A stretch of 64,000 nt of DNA from Paludibacteraceae bacterium (lineage in GTDB: Bacteria; Bacteroidota; Bacteroidia; Bacteroidales; Paludibacteraceae): contig CAVFDI010000001.1 in assembly GCA_963621145.1 (NCBI GenBank), positions 79,066 through 143,065 on the forward strand. The letters are read 5' to 3'. The translations under genes were made by a program, and so were the position numbers. Positions 61,766 to 64,000 of this stretch are shown piece after piece (within the stretch, counting starts at the first letter, position 1; each line of letters opens with the position of its first letter). The notes under the pieces are model-generated. The model searched no databases and was not told the origin of the DNA. It saw only the letters and a list, made by a program, of their open reading frames with translations.

Positions 61766-64000
61766 GAGTCCCAGTTCTATGCGAAACCTCATTCCCCACT
61801 TGATGGCGTCGGGCGCATCGCGGTAGGTGAGTCGCCAAATGGATTGCACCGAAAGAATGCGCAAAATGTTGCAAATGCCCACACCAGCCTCTATGTAGGG
61901 CATTTTCTTCATGTTTGTGGCGGTTTCGGGCAGCGCCAAAATGCCACTGTGACCCGAACGCAACCCGCCGTAGGCTATTTTGAACACAAAATCTTCGCGC
62001 AGATTCAGTTTTTTGATGCCTGGAATGTAGTTGAACAGCCAACCGCTGGTCACGTAGCGCATATTGCCCATCACATAGGCGTCGGTCATGAATTCCATGG
62101 GCGAGAGCAGACCAAAATCGTACTGCGACCAGAAATTTCGCGCCGTGCGTGGCACTTCGAGCAGCGGCCATGGCACATCGCCAAAAATGTAGCCGCCTTC
62201 AACGCCGTAACTCAATCGACCCGACCACAACGGCACATCTTGTTTCAGCGTGAGGCGCAACTGACCATAATGATTCGTGGCGTCGCCCACAGCGTAGTAG
62301 CCGTATTCGCCCATCAGACTGACAATCGGGTATTTTGTGCGCAAATGCTGACGATGAAAAAATCGTTCGAGCGTGCGCTCGTCGTGGGCAAAACGCAGCG
62401 TGGCAGCCACCGATGTGGTTTTCACATGCTGCAAATTTACATCATTTTGCACAAATGTCATCGCATCGTTGGCAAAAAAATCGACTCCGCGCCAATCGAG
62501 CGTAAAAGTCCAATCTTTTTCGTGAAAACGATAGCGTGCCGCCAGCCGATGGGCTTGACACAGATTTTTGTAATGCACCACATGCGAAGCGGTAGTCAGC
62601 AGGTTTTCGGGACTGCCGTACATGTTTTCGTTCAACATCTCGGCACTGCGATAGCCGTAGCGAATCACATCGTTATCGTAAAAAATACCGATGGAATGGG
62701 CGTTTTCGTTGCCCCAGCGTGCCTGAATTTCGCCACCGTATTTCCACTGCTTGTCGCGCACGCCATAGCCAAAATATCCGCCAATGGCGAAATGCTCCAT
62801 CATTTTTTCGCCAGTGCGCAGTTGCAATGTGGGCCGAAATCCCTCCAATTCGTTGTAGCGAAACCAGTTGATTATCGGCCCCAAATCGAATTTCCACGCG
62901 TGAATGTAGCCGGTGAGCGCAAAATCGACTATGTTGTAGGCAATGCGTTGCAGTTTGCTCTGGTTCAGACTGTCGATGGCGGCGCGAAATTCCTGATTTT
63001 CAGCGGCTGCCGAATCGCGAATTTCCTCGATGAAATCGGGCTTTTTTTCATTTTCTGCATCGATGGTGGTAACTTCGTTTTCTATTGTTTGTAGATAGAA
63101 TGCCGACAAGCCATGTTGCGCGTTTTTGTCGAACAAATTGAACGAAAACGACATGGCATATTCGCGCGAATTGTAATAAAATCGTCCATCTTTACCGCGC
63201 TCGAAAATCTGTTCTATGGTCAGACCGTTCAGAAAATTGATGGCTGCGTAGGGCGACAGCGATGCTTTGATGTGCGTGAGTGCCAACGTGGCCGAATCAA
63301 TCCACATCTCGCCGCGGAATGCTAACTCTTTGTCATTTTTCGGGCGAAAACGAATGTAGTAAGTCTTGCCGTCGGGCGTGGCGGTGCTATCTATCAAAAA
63401 ATATTGGTAGTAGATGTTGCCTTGCACGCTGAGTGGACTGATGAAATTGGTTTGCAGCAACGTCACATTGTTGCGATAGAAATTGACATGCGGTGTGTAG
63501 TTGGCCACAAAAGTGCCGATTTGTTCGGGCGGAAGCACCTGCAACGCTTTCTGGTCGAGCAGCAGATTTGTGCGCTGAATGTCGCCACTGTTTGCCTCTA
63601 TTTTGTCCGATTGTTGCGCATAATAAATCGGCACAAACATCGTACTGTCGTCGAGCGCGAGTTGCCCCGACATGGCATCGCCAAGCAGGCGTCGCTGCGT
63701 CTTTTTGCGGCGAATGTTCGCCATGCTCAACTGTATGTTTTGATGCTCTATGGCACTGAAATCGGCGAAACGCTCGGGATCGTTTTGTGCGGCGGCGGTT
63801 CGCACGCGTTTGAGCAATGGTAGCGCCTCATTTTCGCCTGGCATAGCCACAACCTCGCTCAGCATGTTGCGTTCTTCGCGTAGTGCGATGTTCAGCACTT
63901 GGTCGCTGCCAGTCAGTTTCACCTCTTTGCGGCGGTAGCCCAGCACCGAAATGCAGAGCGTTTTGTATGGCTCGTTTGTGCGCAAAATAAAGTAGCCCTC
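61763..64000 (-). CDS. CarboxypepD_reg-like plus DUF5686-like large protein; N-terminus beyond the right edge
   Basis: The frame stays open to position 64000 (EGYFILRTNEPYKTLCISVLGYRRKEVKL is the end of a carboxypeptidase-regulatory-like fold). The C-terminal ~650 aa are barrel-like and end ...RFRIELGL. Family assigned from memory. Confidence 0.7.
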   Translation of the reverse strand, partial: EGYFILRTNEPYKTLCISVLGYRRKEVKLTGSDQVLNIALREERNMLSEVVAMPGENEALPLLKRVRTAAAQNDPERFADFSAIEHQNIQLSMANIRRKKTQRRLLGDAMSGQLALDDSTMFVPIYYAQQSDKIEANSGDIQRTNLLLDQKALQVLPPEQIGTFVANYTPHVNFYRNNVTLLQTNFISPLSVQGNIYYQYFLIDSTATPDGKTYYIRFRPKNDKELAFRGEMWIDSATLALTHIKASLSPYAAINFLNGLTIEQIFERGKDGRFYYNSREYAMSFSFNLFDKNAQHGLSAFYLQTIENEVTTIDAENEKKPDFIEEIRDSAAAENQEFRAAIDSLNQSKLQRIAYNIVDFALTGYIHAWKFDLGPIINWFRYNELEGFRPTLQLRTGEKMMEHFAIGGYFGYGVRDKQWKYGGEIQARWGNENAHSIGIFYDNDVIRYGYRSAEMLNENMYGSPENLLTTASHVVHYKNLCQAHRLAARYRFHEKDWTFTLDWRGVDFFANDAMTFVQNDVNLQHVKTTSVAATLRFAHDERTLERFFHRQHLRTKYPIVSLMGEYGYYAVGDATNHYGQLRLTLKQDVPLWSGRLSYGVEGGYIFGDVPWPLLEVPRTARNFWSQYDFGLLSPMEFMTDAYVMGNMRYVTSGWLFNYIPGIKKLNLREDFVFKIAYGGLRSGHSGILALPETATNMKKMPYIEAGVGICNILRILSVQSIWRLTYRDAPDAIKWGMRFRIELGL

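Noticed and set aside
61844-63094. 416-aa ORF antisense to the DUF5686-like gene.
   Set aside because: The minus-strand frame is open over 2.2 kb with domain-like sequence. The plus-strand product has no features.

Overview
This 64-kb chromosomal segment looks like a Bacteroidota genome, probably Bacteroidales-like and T9SS-positive. Many genes are preceded by the TAnnTTTG '-7' promoter box, Shine-Dalgarno sites are scarce, and two proteins end in T9SS C-terminal sorting domains. About two thirds is housekeeping: uvrB, smpB, gluQ, ribF, rimM-lgt, acpP-fabF-rnhB, the conserved uppS-bamA-ompH-ompH-ompH-murI envelope cluster, dcp, yidC, xseA/xseB, mnmA, tRNA-Thr(CGT) and tRNA-Glu(CTC). One third (2824..24495) is a single 21.7-kb ORF. 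It encodes a 7,223-aa secreted protein built from roughly 90 diverged two-cysteine Ig-like modules, ends in a T9SS type-A sorting domain, and is followed 26 nt later by a beta-barrel gene. A minus-strand cluster (25520..32291) contains a T9SS-sorted ExeM/NucH-like nuclease, an HD hydrolase, and a translationally coupled pair of outer-membrane barrels. One of those barrels carries a ComEA-like tandem helix-hairpin-helix module, so I flag the cluster as a candidate extracellular-DNA capture/salvage system. Three AAA+/DUF4143-type ATPase paralogs lie in two tRNA-adjacent islets. One is bracketed by 49-bp direct repeats, and another has three 21-bp repeats phased exactly 33 bp apart across its promoter. 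Two non-coding features are not explained by the gene calls. First, a 279-bp segment is bounded by perfect 18-bp inverted repeats and carries two consensus promoters (candidate inverton or MITE), with a solo end copy 4.7 kb away. Second, many short intergenic spacers contain tracts with an exact 7-nt period, mostly GA-initiated heptads on the sense strand that abut stop or start codons, and distant spacers share 13-22-nt exact matches. All family names come from motifs read by eye. No similarity search, HMM or RNA folding was run, and module counts and some boundaries are estimates.
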